Source of the DNA: Deferribacterales bacterium
GTDB lineage: Bacteria; Chrysiogenota; Deferribacteres; Deferribacterales; Geovibrionaceae
Length of the DNA stretch: 64,000 nt
Reading direction: 5' to 3'
Assembly (NCBI GenBank): GCA_050253075.1
Contig: JBFWJS010000002.1
Span: forward strand, 480,001-544,000
Made by a program: the position numbers and the translations under genes. Position 1 is the stretch's first letter. Each line of letters opens with the position of its first letter. Positions 1 through 10,062 of this stretch are shown piece by piece. Under the pieces are notes generated by a model. That model searched no databases. It saw only the letters and a program-made list of their open reading frames with translations, and had not been told where the DNA came from.

Positions 1-493
1 CAAAAAGAGCCACAAAACGGGACTTCTGAAAAAGCCCGCAACACTCTTCACCCCGAAGCTGGACGGACGTGTCACCAGCTTTTACGAATGGATAGGCGCC
101 GGGAAATTTGACCTGAAATTCGACGCAGGAGCAATGACCGCATCGGGCAACACCCTCGAGATACTCTACTTCGGATATGACGAAGAAAAGCTGTATCTCA
201 GGATAGACGGGTCTTTCAGCCGAGTGCTGAACATGGACTATGAGCTCGAGGCGGAGATAACCACGGACACCACACGGACATTCGCTTTCCCTATGAAGGA
301 GGAGGCGGAGCACAGCCGTGTTAATGAGATATTTGAAGCGGAGATACCGCTCAGCGAGCTGGGCGCAGATATAGAGACGGCGGACATCATCTTCCGTCTT
401 AAAAAAGGGCGCACCGTCGTAGAGGTTGCCCCGCTTTACAACAGCGTACAGATAGACTTTCAGCCAAACTTTGAACAGGACTGGCTGGCATAG
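1..493 (+). CDS. GH57 glycoside hydrolase (amylopullulanase-like), C-terminal part, 5' truncated by the window
   Basis: Frame is open from base 2 (KKSHKTG...TPKLDGRVTSFYEWIGAG...) into ORF 134..493. PxLDGxxTxFYEWxGAG is typical of GH57 C-termini, and the gene lies in a glycogen cluster. Confidence 0.7.
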   Translation, partial: KKSHKTGLLKKPATLFTPKLDGRVTSFYEWIGAGKFDLKFDAGAMTASGNTLEILYFGYDEEKLYLRIDGSFSRVLNMDYELEAEITTDTTRTFAFPMKEEAEHSRVNEIFEAEIPLSELGADIETADIIFRLKKGRTVVEVAPLYNSVQIDFQPNFEQDWLA

Positions 494-528
494 CGGGCAG
501 TGCCCGCAAGCAAAATAAACTGCATATC

Positions 529-589
529 GTCATCCTGAGCAAAGCGAAGGATCTGAAACTGATAGATTCTTCGTTGCACTCAGAATGAC
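529..589. repeat. Family A REP-like palindrome
   Basis: gtcatcctgagc..gaaggatct..agattcttcg..ctcagaatgac; the ends are self-complementary. Confidence 0.9.
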
Positions 590-613
590 TCTTAAACGGA
601 GACAAATATAAAC

Positions 614-2662
614 ATGAGCAAACTGCCTATACATCTCGGGATACACTGCCACCAGCCGGTGGAGAACTTTTACCATGTGGTCGACCATGCGGTGGAGCGG
701 AGCTACCTGCCGTATTTCGAAGTGGCACTGTCAAAGCCCGATTTCAGATTCAGCATACACTACAGCGGATGGCTGCTCGAATATATAAAGAACAACCACA
801 GCAAGCTCTTCAGCATGATGAAGCAGGCTGCGAAAAGCGGACAGGCGGAGTTCTTCTCCGGCGGATACTACGAGCCCGTGCTCGCATCCATCCCGTCCAT
901 AGACCGAAAGGAACAGATAAAGAAGCTGAACGGCTTCATCGAAGATAATTTCAACGTCAGTCCAAAGGGGCTCTGGCTCACCGAAAGGGTGTGGGACAGC
1001 TCGATAATCCCCGACTGTGCCGAATGCGGTATAGAGTATGTGATAGTGGACGACTACCACTTTGTCGCTGCGGGCTTTTACGAATCTATGCTCCACGCAC
1101 ACTTCAAGACGGAGCAGGACGGGTGCGAGATGCTCATCTTCCCCATCAGCGAAAAGCTGCGCTACCTAACCCCATTCCGCCCGGCGAAAGACGTGAGCGC
1201 ATATGTAAAAGAAGTGCGTGACGCAGGGGGCAAGTCCATAACCATCTTCGACGACGGAGAGAAATTCGGGCTATGGCCTGAGACATACGAATGGGTTTAT
1301 GAAAAAGGATGGCTCTCTGACTTCATAGACGAGATAGTCGAATCAGACCACAGCAGATTCGCCCTCTTCCGTGACACGGTAAGGGAGCAAAGACCTGCAC
1401 AGATAGCCTATCTGCCGACGGTCTCATACTTCGAGATGGGTGAATGGTCGCTCTTCGCCGAGCGTACCGAAAAGATGGAAGAGCTGGTCAAAGAGATTGA
1501 AAAGACCCACGAGGACGACACGGCAAAGGTATTTGTAAAGGGGGGGATATGGAAAAACTTCCTTGTGAAATACCCCGAGTCGAACCGCATACATAAACGC
1601 ACCGTCAGCCTCAGCAGAAAGGCGAACGAAGCGGGCGACCCTGCCCTGCTGGATGCGCTGTATAAAGCTCAGTGTAACGATGTGCTCTGGCACGGGATAT
1701 TCGGCGGGCTCTATCTGCCGAACCTGAGAAACAACGCATACAGATTTATCATCGAGGCGGAGAAACGCTATGAAGAGGTCGCAAAGCTGACGAAACCCAG
1801 CGTGGAGACGGGCGACTTCGACTTTGACGGATATGACGAGGCATACATGAGGGGCGAGAACATAAACTTCATGTTCGTATCCCGTGACGGCGGACAGGTC
1901 GTCGCCATAGAGGATAAGGAGAACTGCTTCAACTTTCAAAACACCCTCTCCCGCAGGAAAGAGGCATACCACGAAAAGCTCTTTGCAGAGCCCGAGGGAG
2001 CAGAGCAGACAACAGCCGAAGAAACAGACGAAGATGCCATAGCCACCATCCACGACAGCGGACCAAAGGTGGACGAGGAATACAAGAAATACCTCGTATA
2101 CGACTGGTATAACAAAAACAGTTTCATAGACCACTTCGTCCCCGATTTCCTCCTTGAGGAATTCGAAAATGTCACCTTCGCCGAGATGGGCGACTTCGTC
2201 AATCAGCCTGCGGAGATGAAAGCCGGGAAAACATCCGTGACATTCACCCGTGAAGGCGGACTGTATATGGACGGAACAAAGCACGGCACATCGGTGAAAA
2301 AGACTTATAAATCAATGAAAAACGGGCTGAGCTTTGAGATAGATATAAATAGTGAGACGGAAGCGACATATGTTCTCGAGCTGAACCTGCACTTTAACAA
2401 CATGTCGGGAGCTGAGATCAACGGAGAACCTTTATCAGATGAGGGTTACGCTCCTTCGAAAACTTTTATAATAAAGGACACAAACACTCCAAAAAGTGTT
2501 AAGATAGAATTTGATCAGCCGACTGAGCTTTTCACATATATTACAAAGACCCTGTCCCAGTCCGAAAGCGGCGCAGACCTCACCGATCAGGGGATATGTC
2601 TGCTGATACCTTTCAGGATGCAGGGCGGGCTGAACGTGAAAGGGAAGCTGGAGATCATATAG
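614..2662 (+). CDS. GH57 alpha-amylase/4-alpha-glucanotransferase (DUF1925/DUF1926 type)
   Basis: HCHQP, GLWLTERVW (nucleophile E), FDDGEKFGLWP (acid/base D), QCNDVLWHGIFGGLYLP. Confidence 0.9.
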   Translation: MSKLPIHLGIHCHQPVENFYHVVDHAVERSYLPYFEVALSKPDFRFSIHYSGWLLEYIKNNHSKLFSMMKQAAKSGQAEFFSGGYYEPVLASIPSIDRKEQIKKLNGFIEDNFNVSPKGLWLTERVWDSSIIPDCAECGIEYVIVDDYHFVAAGFYESMLHAHFKTEQDGCEMLIFPISEKLRYLTPFRPAKDVSAYVKEVRDAGGKSITIFDDGEKFGLWPETYEWVYEKGWLSDFIDEIVESDHSRFALFRDTVREQRPAQIAYLPTVSYFEMGEWSLFAERTEKMEELVKEIEKTHEDDTAKVFVKGGIWKNFLVKYPESNRIHKRTVSLSRKANEAGDPALLDALYKAQCNDVLWHGIFGGLYLPNLRNNAYRFIIEAEKRYEEVAKLTKPSVETGDFDFDGYDEAYMRGENINFMFVSRDGGQVVAIEDKENCFNFQNTLSRRKEAYHEKLFAEPEGAEQTTAEETDEDAIATIHDSGPKVDEEYKKYLVYDWYNKNSFIDHFVPDFLLEEFENVTFAEMGDFVNQPAEMKAGKTSVTFTREGGLYMDGTKHGTSVKKTYKSMKNGLSFEIDINSETEATYVLELNLHFNNMSGAEINGEPLSDEGYAPSKTFIIKDTNTPKSVKIEFDQPTELFTYITKTLSQSESGADLTDQGICLLIPFRMQGGLNVKGKLEII

Positions 2663-2669
2663 GTGATAA

Positions 2670-3689
2670 ATGTCTGAACTGAGATACGACCCCGTAAAAC
2701 AGATATGGTCTGTTATAGCCACAGACAGGAGCAGGAAGCCTGACGACTTCCTTGTGAAGAGACTCCTTTTCCGTCAGGACGAGGTCTCTGTGTGCCCTTT
2801 TTGTGTGGGGAATGAAGATAAAGCAGGAAAAGAGATATACGCACTGAAAGACGGTGACGAATGGCTGACCCGTGTGGTGCCGAACAGATATCCCGCTTTC
2901 CGCATCGAAGGCGAGCTGAAACGCACTGGACACGGCATATATGACGCCGTGAATGCCATAGGCGCACACGAGGTGGTGATAGAGACACCGAAGCACTGCG
3001 TACATCCGGGGAATTATACAGAGGATGTTTTATACAACCTCTTTTACACATTTAAAGAGCGCATGAATGACCTTAAGAAAGACATGAGATTCCGCTATAT
3101 CATGCCTTTTAAAAACTATGGACTGCTGGCGGGCTCTGCCATAGAGCATCCGCACTCGCAGATAATCGCACTGCCTGTCACGCCGAATGTGGTGAAGACA
3201 AAGCTGGCAGCAGCACTGGCGCATTACCAGAGCAAGGAACGCTGCCTCTTCTGCGATATACTCGATCAGGAGCGGAGCGAGAATAAAAGGATAATATACG
3301 AAAATCAGGACTTCGTGGCTTTCTGCCCGTATGCTTCGGCACTGCCGTTCGAAGTGAACATATACCCGAAACGGCACAGTCATTGCTTTGCAACAAGTGA
3401 TGAGGGAGAGCTCACGGGGCTGGCTGATATCACGAAGGAGATTTTCAACAGGCTTTACAACTGTTTGGAAGATCCTCCGTTTAATATGGTGGTGCATACT
3501 TCACCACCGGTGGTCAAAAGACCATCACAGCCGGGCTACTGGACCAGCATAAAAGAGGACTTCCACTGGCATATAGAGATAACCCCGAGACTGTCGGGAG
3601 TGGCAGGATTCGAGACGGGAACAGGCTTTTACATCAACTCGGTCGCACCGGAAAGCGCGGCAGAGTTTCTCCGAGGTGCGGATAAGTGA
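2670..3689 (+). CDS. galT: GalT-family nucleotidyltransferase (galactose-1-phosphate uridylyltransferase-like)
   Basis: SELRYDP, CPFC Zn site, HEVVIETP, HPHSQ catalytic motif, GFETGTG. Confidence 0.85.
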   Translation: MSELRYDPVKQIWSVIATDRSRKPDDFLVKRLLFRQDEVSVCPFCVGNEDKAGKEIYALKDGDEWLTRVVPNRYPAFRIEGELKRTGHGIYDAVNAIGAHEVVIETPKHCVHPGNYTEDVLYNLFYTFKERMNDLKKDMRFRYIMPFKNYGLLAGSAIEHPHSQIIALPVTPNVVKTKLAAALAHYQSKERCLFCDILDQERSENKRIIYENQDFVAFCPYASALPFEVNIYPKRHSHCFATSDEGELTGLADITKEIFNRLYNCLEDPPFNMVVHTSPPVVKRPSQPGYWTSIKEDFHWHIEITPRLSGVAGFETGTGFYINSVAPESAAEFLRGADK

Positions 3690-5113
3690 AGATAGCTATC
3701 GTATCGAGCGAGGTGACACCCTTCTCCAGAACAGGGATACTGGGTGATTCTGTCGGCGGACTGGCGAAAGGGCTGGCGCAGAACGGACACTCTGTCCATG
3801 TCATTGCGCCCAGATATCTGTGTCTGGACGATACGAAATGCGGATGCCAGCCGGAGGGCGAACTGACCGTCACTGCGGGGCATAACACCTTTACCTTTCA
3901 GATACTGAAAACTATCAGAGACGGCGTGGAATACGTCTTTCTGAAAAATGACGAGCTGTACGCCAGAAGGCACATATACGGCTCTGGCGATTTCGACTAT
4001 AGCGACAACGACATACGCTTCGGCATGTTTTCCCTCGCCTCACTGGAATATATGCGAAGGTCACATCTGAATGCGGATATAATACACTGCCATGAATGGC
4101 CTACGGGGCTCGTACCCGTTTACCGAAACCTTTTCTATGACGATATCACGGCGAAGATGGTCTTCACCGCACACGACATCTCATTTCAGGGGATATTCGG
4201 TAAATTCAGCGTACAGGAGCTCGGACTGCCGTGGAAAGTGTATAACATAGAAGAGCTGGAATACTATGAGGGGATCAGCTTCCTCAAAGGCGGAATGGTG
4301 CACGCAGACTACATCACTGTGCCCAGCCCGACATATGAAAAGGACATACAGACAGAGGAATACTCGCAAGGTCTGGGGCTGCTGCTGGCGGACCTCTCCA
4401 CAAAGCTGAAAGGGATACTCGGCGGAATAGACTATGACACATACAACCCTCTGAACGACCCGCATCTGGCCGCTATGTACTGCGCTGAGAACATCGGCGC
4501 AAAACAGACGAATAAAGAAGCGTTTTTGAAAGAAACAGGTCTGAGCAATGCTTCCCGACCGCTCTTTATGGTGGATACGAAGTTCACCGAAAGGAAGGGG
4601 CTGGAGCTCATAGCGCAGTCTGCTGAGGAGCTGTCGAAGCTGGAGGCGAACTTCGCCTTTTTCGGCTACGGTGAATCGCACCTGTGCAATAAATTCAAAG
4701 AAATAGCAAACAAGCATGACAATATATTCACACATATAGGGTCTAATGAAAGACTGGTACACCTCGGCTATGGGGCTGCGGATTTCATCCTGCGTCCTTC
4801 GCAATACGAGCCGAGCGGAAACAGCCACCTGAAAGGAATGCGCTACGGTGCCCTCCCCGTGGTGAGCAAAAAAGGCGGACATATGGACTCCGTCACAGAC
4901 ATCGCAGACGGCGGATACGGCTTCTTCATCGGTGAATACAGCCGTTCGGCACTGCAGGAACAGATCAACAGGGCGATAGCATTTTTTAGTGATGCGCCTA
5001 TATTAACAGAATGCAGAAAGAGAGTGATGCAGATAGATTTTTCATGGAAAACTGCATCATTGAAATATATCGAATTATACGGGGGGTTGCTCGGAGGCTG
5101 CTATGAATCTTAA
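3686..5113 (+). CDS. glgA: Glycogen/starch synthase (GT5), atypical motifs
   Basis: SEVTPFSRTGILGD, HCHEWPTGL, ISFLKGGM, PSQYEPSG..MRYGALP. Confidence 0.8.
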   Translation: MKIAIVSSEVTPFSRTGILGDSVGGLAKGLAQNGHSVHVIAPRYLCLDDTKCGCQPEGELTVTAGHNTFTFQILKTIRDGVEYVFLKNDELYARRHIYGSGDFDYSDNDIRFGMFSLASLEYMRRSHLNADIIHCHEWPTGLVPVYRNLFYDDITAKMVFTAHDISFQGIFGKFSVQELGLPWKVYNIEELEYYEGISFLKGGMVHADYITVPSPTYEKDIQTEEYSQGLGLLLADLSTKLKGILGGIDYDTYNPLNDPHLAAMYCAENIGAKQTNKEAFLKETGLSNASRPLFMVDTKFTERKGLELIAQSAEELSKLEANFAFFGYGESHLCNKFKEIANKHDNIFTHIGSNERLVHLGYGAADFILRPSQYEPSGNSHLKGMRYGALPVVSKKGGHMDSVTDIADGGYGFFIGEYSRSALQEQINRAIAFFSDAPILTECRKRVMQIDFSWKTASLKYIELYGGLLGGCYES

Positions 5114-5855
5114 AACTATGAATAAAACAGAGCTCTATGAGCTGGCTAAAAAACATAATCTGCCGAACAGAAGCAGGATGACAAAGGACGAACTGGTGAA
5201 AGCACTGTCTAAGTATGAGAAGACTGTCTCACCGAAGGTCGCTCCGCAGGCGTCTTCATCCACAGTGACAAGCCACATGCCCGAAAAGCCTTTACAGCCC
5301 GAGCCCGCACGAAAGCCCGAATACCCCATACCCGACAGGTATAACCTAGACACTGTCGTGCTGCTGCCCGTGAACCCGAAAAAAGAGTACGTCTACTGGG
5401 AAGTATCCGACAAGACCGTCGGTGAATACCTCTCCAGATTCAACATACAGAGCCCCGTCTTCATCCTGAAGGTGTTTCAGTCTGACGGAGAAAATACGCA
5501 GGAGCTCGCCGGTGTGCGTGTTGAGAAATACGGCAACTGGTACTTCGACCTGTACTGCCCCGAGATGAACCTCTGGGCGGAGCTCGGCATACTGGACAGC
5601 ATGGGAAACTACTTCACCATCGCCAGCTCTAAAAAGATAAAGATGCCAAGCGACAAGGTCAGCAAAGAGATAGACAAAGAGACATGGATGACCGTCGGTG
5701 AGAAGATCGAGCAGATCTTTGAGCTTTCGGGCGTTTCCGACGTGCAGAAGGAAGAACTGCTCAGCAGTGCCCGTCTGCACACAGAGCTATTTAAAAAACT
5801 ACACGAGCAGGAGGCTCTCTCCTCCACAGCCATGCTTAGAAAAGGTGATGCATAA
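5103..5855 (+). CDS. DUF4912-type protein with N-terminal Rho-N-like domain
   Basis: LYELAKKHNLPNRSRMTKDEL, then IPDRYNLDTVVLLPVNPKKEYVYWE; sits upstream of a GH57 branching enzyme, as is common for this family. Confidence 0.7.
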   Translation: MNLKTMNKTELYELAKKHNLPNRSRMTKDELVKALSKYEKTVSPKVAPQASSSTVTSHMPEKPLQPEPARKPEYPIPDRYNLDTVVLLPVNPKKEYVYWEVSDKTVGEYLSRFNIQSPVFILKVFQSDGENTQELAGVRVEKYGNWYFDLYCPEMNLWAELGILDSMGNYFTIASSKKIKMPSDKVSKEIDKETWMTVGEKIEQIFELSGVSDVQKEELLSSARLHTELFKKLHEQEALSSTAMLRKGDA

Positions 5856-7432
5856 TGCAGAGCGGATACTGGATGCTGGTGCTCCATTCGCACCTCCCAT
5901 TTGTAAAACATCCTGAATACGAATATTTCCTCGAAGAACACTGGTTCTATGAGGCGATATCCGAAACATACATTCCGATGCTCCAATACATGAAAAAGAT
6001 GGAGGACGAAGGGATAAACTTCCGCTTCGCCGTGTCTGTCACTCCGCCTCTGGCAGAGATGATGAGCGACGGACTCCTCATGAGCAGATATGAAAAGCAT
6101 ATGGACAAGATGCTGGAGCTCGCTGATAAAGAGATCGAACGCACCAAAGGCACATGCTTTGAACACCTCGCACACATGTATAAAGAGCGCTTTCAGGGGA
6201 TAAAGGACTTCTACTACGGATATCTGAATAGAAGCCTGATAGCGGGATACCGTCATTTCCTCGAAAAGGGATACATAGACGTCATAACCTGCGGATTCAC
6301 ACACGGCTTTCTCCCGCTGCTGACAAACACGGAGAATGCTGTACGTGCACAGGTAGAGATGGCAGTGAAGAGCCACGAGCAGAAATTCGGTCAGCCGCCG
6401 AAAGGTATATGGCTGCCTGAGTGCGCATACTTCGAAGGGCTCGACGACATACTCGCCGAATACGGCATAAGATACTTCTTTGTCGATACCCACGGCGTGC
6501 TGTATGCAAAGCCCAGACCTAGATACGGCGTTTATGCACCCGTATATACAAAGAGCGGCGTTGCGGCTTTCGGACGTGACTATTACTCATCGAAGCAGGT
6601 GTGGAGTTCCAAAGAGGGCTACCCCGGCGACGTGAGCTACAGAGACTTTTATCGTGACATAGGCTACGACCTTGACCACGACTATATAAAACCATACATC
6701 AGTCCTGACGGTGAGCGTGTCTTCACAGGATTCAAGTATCACCGCATCACGGGCGACAGCGAATATAAAGAATTCTATGACCACCGCATAGCATCCGAAA
6801 AAACTGTCGGACACGCAAAGCACTTTGTCCACGAGCGTGAAAAACAGCTCGCCGAGATAGGCGAACTGATCGACCGCAAGCCTGTGGTTGTATCCCCATA
6901 CGACGCAGAGCTTTACGGGCACTGGTGGTTTGAGGGGCCGGAGTTCCTTTATAACGTTTTCAAAGAGATGGACAAATCGTCATCCGTAAAGGCTGTCACA
7001 CCGTCTGAATACCTGCAGGAGTACCCGACCAATCAGGTGGTCTCCGTGAACCCTTCATCATGGGGGGACAAAGGGTATTACGACGTGTGGCTGAACAAAG
7101 GGAACGACTGGATATACCGCCACCTGCACTTTATGTCGGACAAGATGGTAGACATGGCGAAATACTACCACAGCACAGGCAACGACTATAAGCGCAGATG
7201 TCTGAACCAGATGGCTCGTGAGCTATTCCTTGCGCAGAGCAGCGACTGGGCTTTCCTCGTGACCACGGGCACAGCTATAGACTATGCCGTTCAGCGTACG
7301 AAGGAGCACATACACAACTTCATGCGACTAAGAGACATGGTGGAAGACAGCTTCGAAGACTGGCAATTCCTCGAAAAGCTGGAAACGAAGAACAGCATCT
7401 TCCCTGCTATGGACTTCAGAATTTACTGCTGA
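5855..7432 (+). CDS. GH57 1,4-alpha-glucan branching enzyme (DUF1957)
   Basis: LHSHLPFVKHP, GIWLPECAY, PYDAELYGHWWFEGP, LAQSSDWAF. Confidence 0.92.
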   Translation: MQSGYWMLVLHSHLPFVKHPEYEYFLEEHWFYEAISETYIPMLQYMKKMEDEGINFRFAVSVTPPLAEMMSDGLLMSRYEKHMDKMLELADKEIERTKGTCFEHLAHMYKERFQGIKDFYYGYLNRSLIAGYRHFLEKGYIDVITCGFTHGFLPLLTNTENAVRAQVEMAVKSHEQKFGQPPKGIWLPECAYFEGLDDILAEYGIRYFFVDTHGVLYAKPRPRYGVYAPVYTKSGVAAFGRDYYSSKQVWSSKEGYPGDVSYRDFYRDIGYDLDHDYIKPYISPDGERVFTGFKYHRITGDSEYKEFYDHRIASEKTVGHAKHFVHEREKQLAEIGELIDRKPVVVSPYDAELYGHWWFEGPEFLYNVFKEMDKSSSVKAVTPSEYLQEYPTNQVVSVNPSSWGDKGYYDVWLNKGNDWIYRHLHFMSDKMVDMAKYYHSTGNDYKRRCLNQMARELFLAQSSDWAFLVTTGTAIDYAVQRTKEHIHNFMRLRDMVEDSFEDWQFLEKLETKNSIFPAMDFRIYC

Positions 7433-7542
7433 TAAGCAAACAACTTGAGGCGGAACGACCTCTATATTTCCTATAATATTGTTATTGTAAACAGACAAAA
7501 ACGGTATTATAATAGATAAAATTTATCCATAAGGAGACTCAA

Positions 7543-8055
7543 ATGGTATCCGACAAAATGGCTAAGGCGCTCAACGCCCAGCTCAATTTCGAACTTTACT
7601 CTGCATACGTTTATCTCGCTATGTCTGCACATGCGGACAACATAGGGCTGAAAGGTTTTTCAAACTGGTTCAACGCCCAGTATCAGGAAGAGATGATGCA
7701 TGCTACTAAATTTTTCAACTACATCATGGACAGATCGGTAGTGGAACTTGAAACTATCGAAAAGCCAAGAAAAGAATATAAAGACGCCCTTGAGATGTTT
7801 GAAGAAACTCTCAAGCACGAGCAGGAAGTTACAGCTAGAATAAACGACCTCGCTTCCCTCGCCCTCGATGAAAAAGACCACGCTACGAACACTTTCCTTC
7901 AGTGGTTCATCAACGAGCAGGTAGAAGAGGAATCCACAGTGAAAGAGATCATCGACAAGCTGAAGCTCGCAGGCGGCACAGGCTCAGGGCTCTTCATGAT
8001 AAACAGCGAACTCTCCACAAGAGTGTTCACTCCGCCCGCAGACCCTGCTGCATAA
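7543..8055 (+). CDS. ftnA: Non-heme ferritin
   Basis: ELYSAYVYLAM, QEEMMHA, HEQ, QWFINEQVEEE ferroxidase residues; SD AAGGAG. Confidence 0.93.
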   Translation: MVSDKMAKALNAQLNFELYSAYVYLAMSAHADNIGLKGFSNWFNAQYQEEMMHATKFFNYIMDRSVVELETIEKPRKEYKDALEMFEETLKHEQEVTARINDLASLALDEKDHATNTFLQWFINEQVEEESTVKEIIDKLKLAGGTGSGLFMINSELSTRVFTPPADPAA

Positions 8056-8075
8056 ATTTAAGACTTAAATATACG

Positions 8076-8107
8076 AAGGCCCGTCAGCAATGGCGGGCTT
8101 TTCTTTT
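8076..8107 (+). terminator. Rho-independent terminator of ferritin
   Basis: gcccgtca-gcaa-tggcgggc followed by a T-run. Confidence 0.8.
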
Positions 8108-8167
8108 GTCATACTGAAGGACCTGAAATATTCAGATTCTTCGTTCTCTTCTTTCACTCAGAATGAC
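8108..8167. repeat. Family A palindrome, degenerate
   Basis: gtcatactgaagga..agattcttcg..ctcagaatgac. Confidence 0.75.
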
Positions 8168-8223
8168 ACCGCTGTATACCTTTATTTCATTTACATCGTC
8201 ACGACAAATAGTTAAAATAAAAC

Positions 8224-10062
8224 ATGATCAAACGTCTGGCAGTTTACATAAGCGTACTTGTTGTTTTTATCCTGTCTATGACCACTGGCATATACTTTGC
8301 CCAGTCGAAGAAGCTGATACAGGACGACGTAAAGTCTCAGGCGGAACTTATCCTCCGCATGAAGCGCAACGGCATAGAGGACTTCCTCGATAAAGCCAGC
8401 TATCTCACCACTGCCATAGCCGAAAATGCAGACCTCAAAGCATATTTCAAAGACCCCTCCACGAGGAAAACCGCAGAAGACCTCTTCATGACATACAGCA
8501 GTAAGATCGAAGACATACAGGCTATGCGACTCGTCACACTGGACGGAGACATCGTGGTCTTCATCCGTGAGGGCGTGGTGCTTACCGGCGACCCGAACTA
8601 TGAAGTGATCAACCTCAGCAACAGGAACTTCTTTCAGAAAGTAAAAGAGAACAACAGTAAAGTGCCCGTATTCTCTGACTTTGAAAGGGGACATCTGCCT
8701 GATGCGACATCCTTCTGCCCTTCGATGATACGCTCGCTTATACCTGTTTTCGAAGGTGAAAAGGTGCTGGGATACCTCATAATAAACTTCTGGGGGAGCA
8801 AGCTGGGCGACACTGTCAGCCAGCTCGACAACCGCAGGGGGATATCTTTCATAGCAGAGATAAACAGCATTAACCCCGAGCGGGACGGCGTATTCCTCTT
8901 TCACCATGACAGAAAATACGAATTCGCCAATCAGTTCGGCACATCATATTTCTTTGAAAACGTATACGGCACGGATGCCTTTAAGTGGCTGCAGCAGGAA
9001 GACGACCCCATACTGGAGCTGGACGGCGGATATATGTTCTGCACAACACTGAATCCGTATCAGACCCCAGAGCAGTCATGGAGGATATGCACACTGATGA
9101 ACAGCGACTATTTCTTCCGCTCGCTTCATTTGCTCAGGCGTGATTTCCTCGCCGTCATGTTCTTTTCCATTTTCCTCAGCGTGCTGACAGCCGTGGTATT
9201 CAGCAGGTACTTCATGAAGCCCTTCGCAGAGATAAAGCTGGCGGTGAAGGCATACAGCGAAGGGAACTTTGACCACGAAATAGACGGCCATTTCACAGGT
9301 GAAATAGACGAGATAGTAGACAGCATCCGCTCCATGGCGGGCTCGCTGAAGATATATATCAAAGACATACAAAACACACAGACAAAGCTGGAGCTGATGA
9401 ACAGGCTCTCGGCGCTCGGTGTAATGGCGGGGGGTGTCGCACACGAGCTGAACACACCGCTGAACAGCATCATAGTCCTTGCGGGGCTTCTGGAGGAGGA
9501 GATCCCCGAGCAGTCCGAAGACCTCGAAACCATAAAGGCAGAAGCAAAGCGCTGTGTGGACATCATAAAGAATCTGCGTAAACTCGCACCGAGCAAAGAC
9601 TCCGAGACGGTTTTCGAAGAAGTGGACATGAAGCACCTCGTGGAAGAGACTGTCCGCTATATGGGCTTTAAGCCAGGTGTCAAAGTGAACATGGAGCTGA
9701 CGGACGTCACGGTGAAGGGCTATCCGACACTGCTTCAGCAGGTGCTGGTAAACCTTATACAAAACGCAATGGACGCCATAGAGCATGATGGTTCCATAGA
9801 TATAAAACTGAGCCGTACAGAAGACAAAGTGCTCCTGTCCGTGAGCGACACGGGCGAAGGGATAGAGCAGGAGAAACTGAATAAGATATTCGACCCCTTC
9901 TATACCTCGAAATCACCTGAAAAAGGTATGGGGCTCGGCCTCGCATTGGTGTATAAAATAGTAAAGAAACATGGCGGACAGATAAATGTGGAGAGTGCAG
10001 AATCGCTGGGAACCACATTTACTATTATTCTGGAGAAGAGAGATGAAAGTAGTTCTGATTGA
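8224..10062 (+). CDS. Membrane sensor histidine kinase (extracytoplasmic domain, HAMP, HisKA, HATPase)
   Basis: Two TM segments; AHELNTPL, NLIQNAMDAI, DTGEGI, FDPFYTSK, GMGLGL. Confidence 0.93.
   Translation: MIKRLAVYISVLVVFILSMTTGIYFAQSKKLIQDDVKSQAELILRMKRNGIEDFLDKASYLTTAIAENADLKAYFKDPSTRKTAEDLFMTYSSKIEDIQAMRLVTLDGDIVVFIREGVVLTGDPNYEVINLSNRNFFQKVKENNSKVPVFSDFERGHLPDATSFCPSMIRSLIPVFEGEKVLGYLIINFWGSKLGDTVSQLDNRRGISFIAEINSINPERDGVFLFHHDRKYEFANQFGTSYFFENVYGTDAFKWLQQEDDPILELDGGYMFCTTLNPYQTPEQSWRICTLMNSDYFFRSLHLLRRDFLAVMFFSIFLSVLTAVVFSRYFMKPFAEIKLAVKAYSEGNFDHEIDGHFTGEIDEIVDSIRSMAGSLKIYIKDIQNTQTKLELMNRLSALGVMAGGVAHELNTPLNSIIVLAGLLEEEIPEQSEDLETIKAEAKRCVDIIKNLRKLAPSKDSETVFEEVDMKHLVEETVRYMGFKPGVKVNMELTDVTVKGYPTLLQQVLVNLIQNAMDAIEHDGSIDIKLSRTEDKVLLSVSDTGEGIEQEKLNKIFDPFYTSKSPEKGMGLGLALVYKIVKKHGGQINVESAESLGTTFTIILEKRDESSSD

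Noticed and set aside
7470..7515. Fur/PerR box upstream of ferritin
   Set aside because: AT-rich with partial ATAAT matches but no convincing 7-1-7 or 9-1-9 palindrome.
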